Source: Eledone cirrhosa (taxonomy: Eukaryota). Taken from it: a stretch of 64,000 nt of DNA. The notes beneath the pieces are model-generated. The model was not told the DNA's origin. It was given only the letters and a program-made list of their open reading frames with translations, and made no database searches. The stretch spans positions 345,650,001 through 345,714,000 of the forward strand of contig OZ024742.1 in NCBI GenBank assembly GCA_964016885.1, written 5' to 3'. Below, one piece after another: positions 41,600 to 54,900 of the stretch; position 1 is the stretch's first letter, and the number at the start of each line of letters is the position of its first letter. The position numbers and the translations under genes were made by a program.

Positions 41600-41864
41600 A
41601 TTTTTAGTATTATTATTATTATTGCAACATATGCTACAGTAATATCACCACTCCCAACTACAATACATGTAGGTAATTATGCTTTTTCGATATGTTGCTT
41701 AAAAAGCCTTATATATATATGTATATATAGAAATATGTATATATATGTGTGTGTGTGTGTGTGTGTGCGTGTGTGTTGAATGTTTTCAAGGAACATATCA
41801 TCTAGAATCCATTTATACTTACACTTAGTGAATTAAATTTAAAAAAGGATTTTCTATATATGTA

Positions 41865-41980
<116 letters not shown>

Positions 41981-42765
41981 TTTAATTATCGAGAGAGAGA
42001 AAAAAATGAAAGATAAGCGATACATATATTTAGTTGCCAATTGTTTGTGCATATGTGCTCAATACTTGTGCCTACAGGGTTAAATATTAGAAGCGTCAAT
42101 ATTTAGTGGGCGAGAAAATAAGCCGAGCGGTTATAAAAGAAATGAATACAAAGGAGTATATACCGTTAAAACATGTTTTATATAACACTGCACCTACGTA
42201 CGTTTCGCACAGAATGGGCTTATCGAGGGCATGGCAAACAAAAAAATGATCATTATGAGACCCAGGAGGGGTTTTAAGGTTAAATTCACATTAGAGTTCA
42301 TTCTTCGCTTAAGTGCATGTGTTGTTATTACTGCAGAACAGTAACTCTTTCTCTCTACTGACCTCTTCCTCGCACTCCTACTCACTCAGTCCCTGTTTCT
42401 CCCCTTCTTTCTTCGTCCCGTTCGCTGGGAAAACGGTTTTCATTCTTTCTAACACCGGATTCACTAGCGAAAGGTCTGTTTTCTGACTCGCTCATATATT
42501 CACACAGCTTATGCTGAAAGAATAACTATGTTGCTTGTGTTTATTTCCATCTTCGGTTAGCTTCCCCCTGTGTTGTTTACTTGTCTCACTCGCTTTACCC
42601 GTTTCTATTGTCCTAATAACTTATTTTAGTTATTATCGCTCCAACGTGAGGTATATGATTTTTAATGCGATGAAATACCCATGATCGTTTGGTAAATCAC
42701 TGATGAGGGACTCATTTTATAACATGTTATCCATGTGCAACCAGCAGTATTCTTCTCACCTATAT

Positions 42766-42846
<81 letters not shown>

Positions 42847-42946
42847 TATATACATATACATATATATATATATTATATATATGGAAAAGAATGAAACGAA
42901 ATTTCCTTTCTCACTCTTAGTACGGCTGATACCTAAATATAAGTAT

Positions 42947-43402
42947 GTATACGTACATACATATATGTGTACAGACGCACAGTAGTATGTATATATATAC
43001 ATACATGCACACATATATATATGTACGTATGGGTTTACCGAACATTTATCCCCCCCCCCCCCGACTAACTCACTCGATATGAATATTAGGCTGCTCAGCC
43101 GTTAATATGCATAAGGAAAGTATATACTTTCAGACCTTCAATAATCTGACAGAAAGGTATACGATGCTGATGATAGCTAATAAGCTTAAAACTAGTACAT
43201 CGTTCCAGTGTCAGTGTTGAACAAAAAGGGCGACGATGGTTGCCGAGCACTGTACGGCATAATTCGGGCTGTTTGTTTACAAACAAACCGAACATTATAA
43301 TAAATGTTCGGTAAACCCATACGTACATATATATATGTGTGCATTTATGTATATATATACATACTACTGTGCGTCTGTACACATATATGTATGTACGTAT
43401 AC
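42947..43402. repeat. Inverted-repeat element with arms of about 100 bp (42947-43048 and 43301-43402)
   Basis: GTACAGACGCACAGTAGTATG...GGGTTTACCGAACATTTA vs TAAATGTTCGGTAAACCC...CATACTACTGTGCGTCTGTAC. Confidence 0.82.
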
Positions 43403-43404
43403 AT

Positions 43405-43493
<89 letters not shown>

Positions 43494-43514
43494 GTATAAT
43501 AAACAATACAATAT

Positions 43515-43592
43515 AATTACGTCATTACCAGAGATTTCCCGAATAAGACGAATACAAGAAACGTCCTCATTCGTTCGTCAGACAAGGCAATT
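43515..43592 (-). ncRNA. Type I hammerhead ribozyme, more mutated inverted copy
   Basis: Reverse complement retains CTGACGA, GAAA and GTA; stems I-III carry substitutions. Confidence 0.6.
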
Positions 43593-44098
43593 TAAAACAT
43601 AGTGAAATATTTGAAAAAAATGCAAGAGATATATAAAGAGATATATAAAAATAAAATAAGGAAATATAGTAAGGGTATGTGTATAAATGTGTGTATATGC
43701 ACCTACAAATGTACATATGTGTGTATGTACAAATGCATATGTATAGTGAAAAAATGTGTGCGTAAGTACATACATGATGGCAAGCATATCAGTGTATGTG
43801 TGACCTCAAATACGTATATAATATATGTTGAAAAAAGAAATTGTAAGATAATAGAGTAAGCATACATACAGACTCATGGACTAAGAATTGAAATATATAC
43901 ACATACAAGTATGAAAGCAGGCGTATAAACACACACACACGCGCAACCACATACATGCATGTGATATATACAGGGAAGGGAGTGTATCAGTCAAAGCAGT
44001 GTCAGGCTGAAGGTCGATACAGATATAAAAATATAAAATATGAAAATGAAAAAATGAAAAAATATATGAGAAGATTTTTCAAATATTTCACTGTTTTA

Positions 44099-44176
44099 AA
44101 TTGCCTTGTCTGACGAACGAATGAGGACGTTTCTTGTATTCGCCTTATTCGGGAAACCTCTCGTAATGAGGTAATT
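44099..44176 (+). ncRNA. Type I hammerhead ribozyme
   Basis: Stem I AATTGCCTTGT/ATGAGGTAATT (11 bp with G-U pairs); CTGACGA 44110-44116; stem II CGAATGAGG/CCTTATTCG; GAAA 44153-44156; minimal stem III AC-CTCTC-GT; cleavage triplet GTA 44163-44165. Confidence 0.82.
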
Positions 44177-44275
44177 ATATTGTATTGTTTATTATACATT
44201 AAATTTAGCTCTGTAACTTACATAGAGCACTCTTCACTCCTATGACTTTTTCAATTTTCAACGGAAACTTCAATA

Positions 44276-44341
<66 letters not shown>

Positions 44342-44649
44342 TACATATCTATATATATGTATATCTATATATGTAAATATGTATATATATATATATTTAT
44401 ATAGTATAAAAAAAAAAAAAAGAAAATTAGCTCCGAAGTAATCTGCAGCCGTAGAATCAGTCAGATCCATACAGTGATCATGTCTCAAGCTACCTGCCGG
44501 CGAAACAATTGTAACACGCAATAAACTGAGTCCAGATGCATCACTGATTTTTCGTTTTTTTATACTATCCACACTCTGCTCTGTATGAATATTGAGTGCT
44601 AATTTTGGCATACCGCCTATGGAAGCACCATAGCTACCATTACACACAA

Positions 44650-44728
<79 letters not shown>

Positions 44729-45150
44729 GTTTTCTCACGTATATCAGAAACACCTTCTTATTACCCTCTCCTATATATAGCTTGCAATAAGTACATTTTT
44801 TTCATCCATTATATGCTTTTTAATCTGTACCCACGAATTCTCATTGGACCTCACGATATCGGTGGCGTGTGTTCCAGCCTTTTTATCAACAGAACAGTCC
44901 ACACATGGAATTAATATGCAGGTGGCTGAGCATTCAAAAGATATGTGTACCTTAAATGTAGTTCTCATAGATATTTCTATTTCTTTATTTAAACCTCATA
45001 CCTTCCGAGGGTGCCTAGGGGCGCCGTAGTGACATACAGCTTTTCTTGTGCATTATGAACCTGGCGATTTAGACTGTGTGTAGCAGATATCTTCCAGAGA
45101 AGGAGAGAAAGTAACAGAGGAGAAGTGAGAAGGAGATATATAGGTATAAT

Positions 45151-45293
45151 CACCCCAGTACTAAACTGGTACTTTTTTATCGACCTCGAAAGGATGAAAG
45201 GTAAAGGTGACCTCGGTGAGATTTGAACTCAGAGAGCAGAGCACCACAAAACATTCTATCCGACGTTCTAACGACTCTGCCAATTTGCTGCCT
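45151..45293 (-). mobile_element. tRNA-derived SINE, related subfamily
   Basis: Reverse complement carries TTGGCAGAGTCG...CTGAGTTCAAATC...GTACCAGT. Confidence 0.8.
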
Positions 45294-46576
45294 TCATAGC
45301 TATATCCTGACAATATATGTGACAAAAAACTACAACTCATTTGATTAAAAGCTACAACTCATTATTTCCAGCTGAGTGAACTGAAGCAATATGAAATTAA
45401 GTACCTTGCTCAAGGATACAAGGCCCCTTGGCACTTAAGTTCAAGATCTTATTATCGTTGGCTAAGCACCCTAATCACTAAGCCATGTGGTGTGACATGC
45501 TAACGAATACGTAGTAGAAATAAATAGAGCGTACCAGCATCGGCAAAGAGTTGGCTACCTTCATGTGTAAGCCTCGCGAGTTTGAAGGCGCAGCCAGCGC
45601 GACTCCCTCACCAACCTCCGGAGAATAACGTGAGGCCCTATTTCCTCAAAATACTGAGAGATGGGGAGAGCAGGAAGGACGGAGGCAGTAACAGTGGGTG
45701 TTTGGTTCCATTGTGTTTAAACCTGGTGTATATATTATATGCTTCACGGACCCATCAGTTTACAGAATGATCACATGTTTTTTTAATCTCTCTCTATATA
45801 AAATTATTTGTCTCTCTCCCTGACTGTCGTATACATTCTCAAACGGCTGGACCAAATCAAATTAAATCATGCAAGGTAATTATATTAGACCCACGAGTGT
45901 CAACATGTAATTTTTATTTTCATTTGGATTAAAACAATATAATATATTATCAGTGAAATATAGAAAACAACCACCACCACGACGCTTACGATGACGTCAC
46001 ATTGTATATGAGTGTGTATGTGTCTGTGAGTGTGTGTGTGTGTTTGCGGGTTCATTACATACGTTAGGCCTAAGAGAATTAAATACATACACACATCTAC
46101 ACATGCAGAAACATATGTGATGACAGACAGGTGTGCGTGAATGTATGTCTGGTTGTGCCTGTCTGCGAGTGTATGCGTATGTGAGTGTATGTGAGAATGT
46201 ATGCGTATGTGTGAGTGCATGTGTCAGTGAATGCGCGCGGTCATTAGGTACGTTATTAAATACACACACACATCTACACATATGTAGCAACTGACCAAAA
46301 ATGAGGTGAAAAGCTATGCGTGTGTTTGCAATTATGCAAACAAGCCACAATTTTATAGCATATATTTTCACTAGCTCTGAGAGTATGGCAGGTGAACAGT
46401 GAGCTGTACTGATGAAGGGTGATACCCAGAAACATTAGTGTCTGCAGTTCTGTTCGCATGCCAACACAAGAGTAAAAATGAAGTGTACATTCTACTGACA
46501 TGGCTATAAAATTGAGGCTTGTTTGCATAATTACAAACGAATCGAATGTTATTATTAATATTTGAAAAACTCAGAT

Positions 46577-46627
<51 letters not shown>

Positions 46628-46734
46628 TTTATATATATATATATGTGTGTGTGTGTAAAAGGTAAACAGGTATAACAACACTATCTGTACAGTATAAGGA
46701 TGGAATATATTAGGTTAATGCTTAAAACAGCAGG

Positions 46735-46780
46735 AAGAGCGTCTTAACGTTTCGGACGTTATTCGTTCATCAGAAAAAAG
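46735..46780 (-). ncRNA. Possible minimal hammerhead ribozyme
   Basis: Minus strand CTGATGA-ACGAATAACGT-CC-GAAACGTTA with palindromic AACGTT; stems weak. Confidence 0.4.
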
Positions 46781-46938
46781 AAGGAGAAATCAGAATTAGC
46801 CGTCGAAACGTCTTGAGCTCTGCCGTCGGGGTCTAAAATTTTCATATATATATATATATATATTATACATACACACATTCAAACATACAAATATATATAC
46901 GTACATACATGTATGCATACATACATACAAACATACAC

Positions 46939-48720
46939 CATTGGCCTCACAGGACGACAGAAATACGAACCTAACCCATAATTTACTTGCGGATGATCTG
47001 AAACTCTATGGCAAGAACATGGATGGGATGAAGAAAAATTTTGACCTGGTTACAACATTCTCAAAGGATGTAGGAATGGAGTTTGGCCAAGATAAATGCT
47101 CATATATGACTGTAAAGCGGGGAAAAACAACAACTCAATCTAGCAACATTTTTATCAACGGCCAAACTGTTTCACCGATATCTGATGAGGACTGCTACAA
47201 ATACCTGGGGATAGATGAGAACATATCCTATAATGGTATCTGTAATAAGGAACGCGTAACCGGGGAATACTACACCCGAATAAGAAAAATGGGGTCATCG
47301 GAACTCTCTGCACACAATAAAACAGTGTTCACAATGTGTTTGCTGTACCTGTCCTAACACCAGCTTTTGGTATACTCAATTGGACGTTAAATTGACGTTA
47401 AAACTCGAAAAGTCCTAAACAACACCGGAAACTTCCACATCAACAGTGACATAGACCGCCTTTACTTGAAACGTAAGCAGGGAGGTAGAGGCATAACATC
47501 AGTCCAGGCAGCATTTGAATATCTCCAACAACATTCATGAACCTCGAAGAGTAGGAGCCCGTCTCTCGAGCAAATCTATCTGCATGGGACAGATAAGATA
47601 ATGAGAGTTGGGAAGGACCTTGAAAGATATTCCCTGTGTGATAACCAAAAACTCACACCCAGGGAAGTTTCCCAGCAGTACCGCAGTAAATCCATGGATG
47701 AAAGACTACAAGCTTATCTGCATAAAAAATCATGCATGGATATGTTGCCAGGGAGCTCCAGAGTGAGAGTAATATAGATAAGCACAGTAGTCTATCTTGG
47801 AGCAACAACCGCTATGCTGGCTCCCACTTTGAAGGATACGCTTTTGCAATCCAAGAAGAGGGAATCAACACGAAATACCTGATTCACAAAAGAGATAGGG
47901 ATGCAAGCAAAACACCTAGATGTGACAAGTGCAGACTCTGCAGAATTAACATCGCAGAAGTCACCCATGTCATAAGGAGATGTCTAAAGTTGTCATCGCG
48001 GACCATCTACCTATGAAGCATAATATAGTGGCCAAACCACTGTACAATGCAATACGTAGAAAAGATAGCCCCGATAATAAACACATTAAAAGCTACAGCA
48101 ATGTGGAAGACATACATATACATAATATGAAAGAGTACTGGCGGAATGTTCCAGTAAAAACCCCAATAAAATGCAGGCATAACAGACCAGGTATTATGAT
48201 ATGGGACAGGGAAAAGAAGGCATGCACAAAAGAAGGCAATATAATATCAAAGATTAGCGAAAAGGAGAATATTTATGCAGAACTGATGAGAAATCTGCCG
48301 ATACTCGACCTTGATTATACCTTCAGATTTATACCTGTGATTATTGGCCACTGGGAAATGTTACTAACTGTCTCAATACAAATCTTGAGAAACTGGGCTT
48401 CACAGAAACAGAAAGAACACAACTATTAAGGAAATTACAAGTACAATCTCTTAATGGAATAGTAAAATATGTAAAACATGTCAAAGATTCCGCATCTAAT
48501 AACTGCATATACACTTGTACAGATACTAAGCACATACAACTCAAAACATCCACATCCACACATACAATAACATCCATACATGCACACACATGTATGCAGA
48601 CAGGCATACATATCTACCTAGTTGATGTGGTATAAATTCCAATGAGATAGTCTTGTATCTATGTTAGAAACCTACTCTCTCTCTATTGGCAAATATTTAT
48701 GAAATTATTAAACCAGAAAA
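46939..48720 (+). mobile_element. R4/Dong-like RLE non-LTR retrotransposon, 5'-truncated and decayed
   Basis: HNLLADDLKLY, GMEFGQDKC, YKYLG, FAIQEE.INTKY, CCHC knuckle CRLC...H...C, HNRPG (PD-like); flanked by CATA-type tracts; highly similar to 54653-56215. Confidence 0.9.
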
Positions 48721-48822
48721 ACGTACAAGCATAAATACACACATACATACATGCATACATACATGCATACAAACATGCATACATACATACATGCATACAT
48801 ATATACATGCATACACACATAC

Positions 48823-48950
48823 ATGGCTGCGATAACTGCAAAATTTGCTAAACATTCTTGCAATTCAAGGGATGACAATTTCTTTTCTTTTACAACCTTG
48901 CCACCAGGATGGTGGCCGGTCAAAAATGTACTCGAAATTAATAGAAAGAG
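48823..48950 (+). mobile_element. 3' end of a second R4-like family
   Basis: Near-identical to 50514-50654; bounded by (CATA)n. Confidence 0.7.
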
Positions 48951-49063
48951 ATACATACATAATAGATACACACACATACGTACATACACACATACATACA
49001 CACACGCACACATACATACATACATACATACATACATACATACATACATACATACATACATAC

Positions 49064-49513
49064 ATGGTGGCTGCCAACTCGTTTTCGAGTACGGCCACTA
49101 CTTTATATCCATGTAGGAGAACCCCTACCGATGCGCTGAACGAGTGTGACTTTTTAGTCCAGCCAGCGACTTGAAAACTCTGGTACAAACACTACACTTG
49201 TGACAATTATTGACACATAGTGCTGGGCCCATGGTACCATGTGACAAGTGCAGAGAGATCTCCAGATATAAAGCAATGCCTGTGCCGTGAAGCTTTTACA
49301 GTGAGCAAAGGCACTGCACAAAGCCAGTCCCACTCTCTTAACCAAGATGATATTTACCAAAAAAGGAGAACAAGTCAACATCATTGGATACCATCAGGGT
49401 TGCAGGTGTTATATAAAAGGGCAAAGGAGCTCTTAAGAGTCAATGGCCATCCAAAATCACCGGGAGAGATGACCCCTTAGCCTTTGTCAAGGCAGAATTC
49501 TAGGAGAAGGAAA
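49064..49513 (-). mobile_element. Short RTE-derived non-autonomous element with an inverted 5' part (49414-49513)
   Basis: Minus strand ends in a C2H2 finger (CSVCTRVFKSLAGLKSHTRSAHR*), a GTACTCGAAAACGAGT stem-loop and a (TATG)n tail; comparison with 51099-51511 reveals the inversion. Confidence 0.8.
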
Positions 49514-49594
49514 GCATACATACATACATAATACATACATACATACATACATACATACATACATACATACATACATACATACATAGATACATAC

Positions 49595-50391
49595 ATGATG
49601 ATGGCTGCCCCCTCGTTACCGAGTATGGCCATTGCACGAAGAGAAAAAAAAAATAAATAAATAAATAAGTTAATAAATAAATAAAAAAAGAAAAAAAAAG
49701 AAATATATATATATATATGTTAGGCGGAGTCTTTCTCAGATGAAGGATCAGTGGTGGAGTGAGAAGGCTGGTGAGATACAAACTGCGTCAAATTCCAATA
49801 ACACAAAGCTGTTGTACAGTCTCTTGCGTGAGGTTTATGGACCGTCTTCTTCTCTGGTGACACCGCTTCGCAGCAAGGATGGCAAAGAACTTCTTCGTGA
49901 CTCACAAGGAATTCTACGAAGGTGGCGAGAGCACTTTGATGGTCTTTTGAATCAGCCGTCTGTCGTCAATGAAGATTGCCTCAATCTCATTCCAGAAAGT
50001 CCTGTGAAAGTAGCTCTCGCAGAACCTCCGACGCTTGTGGAGGTTGCAGTGGCTATCTCGAAGCTGAACAATGGAAGATCTCCAGGTATGGATGGCATAC
50101 ATGCTGAGCTCCTACAATATGGTGGTGAAAGACTCCTGCAACACCTTCACTCTTTGTTTGGCAGGATATGGGCTAATGAATCCGTACTTGAGGACTCGAG
50201 AGATGCAGTAATGGTGGTCTTGTACAAGGGAAAGGGTAACATGAATGATTGTGGGAACTACAGAGGGATATCATTGCTTTCTGTCGTAGGGAAAGTTTTA
50301 TGTAGGGTGCTTCTGGACCGCCTGCTGACACACATTGCAGATTGTGTTCTTCCTGAAAGTCAATCTGGTTTTCGTGCTGGACGCGGCACTA
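49595..50391. mobile_element. RTE-clade LINE insertion: 3' end on the minus strand plus an inverted internal RT segment (49720-50391, +)
   Basis: WWSEKA...EVYGP...RWREHF...RSPGMDGIHAE...NYRGISLLS...ESQSGFRAGRGTT; duplicated flank CAGAATTCTAGGAGAAGGAAAGCATAC at 49493 and 50392. Confidence 0.85.
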
Positions 50392-50485
50392 CAGAATTCT
50401 AGGAGAAGGAAAGCATACATACATACATACATACATACATACATACATACATACATACATACATACATACATACATACATACATA

Positions 50486-50654
50486 ACGCAGCTCCCTAAT
50501 TCATAGTCTACAAATGGCTGCGATAGCTGGCACCTTCAAAATTTGCAAAACATTCTTGCGATTCAAGGGATGACAATTTCTTTTCTTTTACAACCTTGCC
50601 ACCAGGAAGGTGGCCGGTCAAAAAAATATACTTGAAATTAAGAGAAAGAGAAAA
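50486..50654 (+). mobile_element. 3' end of the second R4-like family
   Basis: Encodes RSSLIHSLQMAAIAGTFKICKTFLRFKG*, homologous to RTQLVRKLQVQSINGTVKICKTFQKCCI* of the main family; (CATA)n on both sides. Confidence 0.78.
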
Positions 50655-50675
50655 CATACATACATACATACATAT

Positions 50676-51027
50676 GTAACTGCCTCAATACAAATCTTGA
50701 GAAGCTAGGCTTCACAGGAACAGAAAGAACACAACAAGTACAATCCATTAATGGAACAGTAAAAATATGTAAAACATTCCAAATATTTTGCATCTAATAA
50801 CTGCATATAGACATGTACAGATGCAAAGCATATACACATGCACACATACAACTCAAAACATACACATACACACATACAATAACATCCATATCTACATATG
50901 CATGCATACATACATACCTACCTAGTTGATGTTGTGTAAATTTCAATGAGAGAGTCTTGTGGCTATGTTAGAAACCGACTCTCTCTCTATTGGTAAAACT
51001 TTGTGAAATTATAAAACCAGAAGAAAA
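50676..51027 (+). mobile_element. 3' fragment of the main R4/Dong-like family
   Basis: Matches 48365-48720 and 55953-56212; (CATA)n on both sides. Confidence 0.88.
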
Positions 51028-51098
51028 TACATACATACATACATACATACATACATACATACATACATACATACATACATACATACATACATACATAC

Positions 51099-51511
51099 AT
51101 GGTGGCTGCCAACTCGTTTTCGAGTACGGCCACTACTTTATATCCATGTAGGAGAACCCCTACCGATGCGCTGAACGAGTGTGACTTTTTAGTCCAGCCG
51201 ACGACTTGAAAACTCTGGTACAAACACTACACTTGTGACAATTACTGACACATAGTACTGGGCCCATTGTACCCTGTGATGACAAGTGCAGAGAGATCTC
51301 CAGATATAAAGCAATGCCTGTGGGGTGAAGCTTTTATAGTGAGCAAAGGCACTGCACAAAGCCAGTCCCACTCTCTTAACCAAGATGATATTTACCAAAA
51401 AGAAGAACAAGTCAACATCATTGGATACCATCAGGGTTGCAGGTGTTATACCAGAGTTTTCCTTCTCCTAGAATTCTGCCTTGACAAAGGCTAAGGGGTC
51501 ATCTCTCCCGG
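51099..51511 (-). mobile_element. Short RTE-derived non-autonomous element, colinear copy
   Basis: Second copy of the 49064 element, with the CTAGGAGAAGGAAAACTCT head in line and a (TATG)n tail. Confidence 0.82.
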
Positions 51512-51971
51512 AAGATATATATATATATATATATACATATATATATCCACACATATATATATACATATATATATACACATACATACACATATACACATAT
51601 ATATACATATACATATACATACATATACATATATATATACATATATATATACATATATATATACATATATATACATATACATATATATATATACATACAT
51701 ATATACATATATATACATATATATATGCACATATATATACACACATATACATACACATATACACATATACACATATACATACACATATACACATATACAC
51801 ATGTATATATATATATATGTATATATATGTGTGTATATGTGTGTATATGTATATATATATATATGTATATATATATATGTGTGTGTATATGTGTGTGTAT
51901 ATATATGTATATATGTATGTGCATACATACATACATGCATACATACATACATACATACATACATATACATA

Positions 51972-54900
51972 GTCAGTCAACGCGATCAGTCGCACATATT
52001 GGCGCCGGAGATTATTCATTAAATTTAAGATGAATACTATCTCCCAGTGTAATGCCACAACTCCCAGTCATGTTGAATAACTGGTTATTCTTCTAACTAT
52101 ATCCACGGAAGACACCTTTTATTCGAATTCGTAGTGATATCCGACTAAATACATAATTCATTTTGCAAGGATTTGCTACAAACAGCATGGCTTAACACAA
52201 CATTAACAACAACATTAGTGGAATACCGAAGAAAAACGAGAAAGGTAAACAAAATGTATTCAACTGTAGCTACAGAAGAAACCGAAATTATAAATCGCTT
52301 TCCTCTTGGAGTTGCGAACTTAATGATGATTTGTTTAATTGTTATAAAATGGCAAAAAAAATCCCTCCATTGGCTATATGAACAGAATGAAGCAACTCTG
52401 GGATGAAATACACCCAGAGCTAAATCACTTCACGAAGAAATAATAATAATAATCGAATAAATTTGACACCGTGTATACCACCTAAGTCTACCTCAAATGC
52501 CGAGGAAAACACTATCGATAATAATAATAATCGAATAAATTTGACACCACGTGTACCATCCGAGTCTACCTAGACTATTGTGGATAATACAATCGATAAT
52601 TGTTTCTACTTTTGGCACAAGGCCAGTAATTATCCCAGTGCATTACTGGTACTTTATTTTATCGACCCCGTAAGGATGAAAGGCAAAGTTAACCTCGGCG
52701 GGATTTGAACTCAGATCATAAAGGGGCGTAACTCTATACGTGAAAGCATGGCGTCCGACCCTCTACCGATACTGCCAATCGACCACCCTATAATACAATC
52801 GATAATGATAATAATCGATTGTATTATCCACAATAGTCGAGGTAGACTCGGATAGTACACGTGGTGTCAAATTTATTCGATTATTATTATTATCGATAGT
52901 GTTTTCCCCGGCATTTGTGGTAGACTTAGATGGTATACGTGGTGTCAAATTTCTTACAGGCATAGTTGTTTCAAGGCGTTGTTCGACCTGGCTGCTAGGA
53001 AGTCTAGTAGCATGGCAACATGTAGCACGTGTTGTTGATTTCAAGTTTGTTCTGGATGACTTACAATTAATAATATTTATCTTATTTTTACGTTCAACAA
53101 ACGTCGCTTGTTGGCGTAATTGTTTCGCTGTGAAGTCATTTTCAATTGTTTATACATTTGATAATGATAATAATCAAAAATATAAACAATTGAAAATTTC
53201 CCTCAACGAAATCTTCCAGAGAGAAATTAATTCATGTATAAACATTTCTCTTGCTGAACGTATTAAAACAACAATATTTAATAAAAAACAAAAAACAAAA
53301 AAACAAACAAATAATGAAATATTACGTGTTATTGACGAAATAGAGGATGAATATTTACGACGGATAAAAACCCCAACATTTTAGCAAATCAACGCCTGTT
53401 TATATGCCTTAGCAACGACAGTGAAGCATTATCTTGGTGATAGCAGAGTTATTAACAAGAACAAAACACCACCAAAAATACCATCATATATAACTAAAAT
53501 AGAAAAAAAGATTGCTGACCTACGAAAAGCCATAGGATATGTGACAACCCTCCTTACATGCAAACAAACACAAAAAAACTTCGCTCTTCACCAACAAAGA
53601 GTGAAAAATAAAATAGAGACAATGTTTGGTAACAGTAGAACCAGAACTCTCCAATATTAGCTGATCACACTCAAACAAGAATTGAGAGCTGTTAGCGAAA
53701 AATGCCGATGCCTGAAGAAGGTAGATGAAAGAAAATTGCTTAATAAAAGATTCAGACGAAACCAAACATCAGTCTATAGAGATACGAAGAGCAAAATAAT
53801 AAGTGTCACTGAGGCCCCATCCCAGAAAAACATAGATTCCTTTTGGAGAAAAATATGGGGTGAAAAGAAGAATTTCAACCAAGATGCAGTGTGGCTAAGA
53901 GAAATCCGAAAGAACTATTGCTCTTACACTACAATAAAAACATAGGAAATAAGTGAGGGTACCCTTGAGACTGTGATAGGAAAACTCCAAGATAAGAAAG
54001 CCCCAGGAAAAGACATGATTGTCGACTACTGGTACAAAAAACTGATATTCTATTGGAAGTATCTTACCGACCTCTACCAACAAGTTCTTAAGGGAGATAC
54101 ACTTATACCAGAATGGTTGACGTTAGCACAAACATTACTGGACCCCAAGAACAAAGACACCCACCTTGCAAAAAAACTACCGACACATTGCATGCCAGAA
54201 CCTGATGTATAAGCTGCCTGAACCTATTCCTCCAAGATCACTGTGAAAATAATAACATCATGATGAACAAGCAGCTGGAAAGAAAGGGGTTTGGGGATGT
54301 GCTGAACAACTCCTAATCAACAAAACTGCGATGTCGGAGGTGCGACAACTTAGGAGGAATATGACTACAGTCTGGCTGGACTACAGGAAAGCTTTCGATT
54401 CTGTTCCTCACTCTTGGATGATAGAAGCCCTCCGACTTACTAAAGTCCCAGACATTATTATCAGAGCCATATAGGCGCTGTCTTCTTCTTGGGCTACGAT
54501 CCTAAAGTTAAAGGCAGAAGAGGTGGACTCTATTTTCACTGATAAAATAAAATATCACAGGGGTATATTTCAGGGAGACAGTCTCTCTGTGATATTATTC
54601 ATCCTGTCATTAAACCCCTTGTCCTTTCTGCTCAAGAAATGTGAAGGCTACATCATTGGCTCACAGGAGGACAGAAATACGAACCTAACCCATAATTTAC
54701 TTGTGGATGATCTGAAACTCTATGCCAAGAATATGGATTGGATAAAGAAAAATCTTGACCTGGTTACAACATTCTCAAAGGATATAGGAATGGAGTTTGG
54801 CCAAGATAAATACTCATATATGACTGTAAAGCGGGGAAAAACAACAACCCAATCTAGCAACATTTGTATCAATGGCCAAACTGTTTCACCAATATCTGAT

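Larger units (their letters stand above)
43491..44277. mobile_element. Non-coding inverted-repeat element in (TA)n with a hammerhead in each arm (non-autonomous Penelope-like or retrozyme-like)
   Basis: Arms 43491-43618 and about 44075-44200; extra tail 44201-44277 on one side only; (TA)n flanks. Confidence 0.82.

Noticed and set aside
44410-44650. Non-repetitive part of the 151-aa minus-strand ORF as an exon
   Set aside because: No recognisable domain or convincing splice sites; the ORF is extended only by (TA)n.
49127-49200. C2H2 zinc finger as a host gene exon
   Set aside because: It lies in a duplicated retroelement just before the 3' stem-loop and tail, consistent with an RTE ORF C-terminus.
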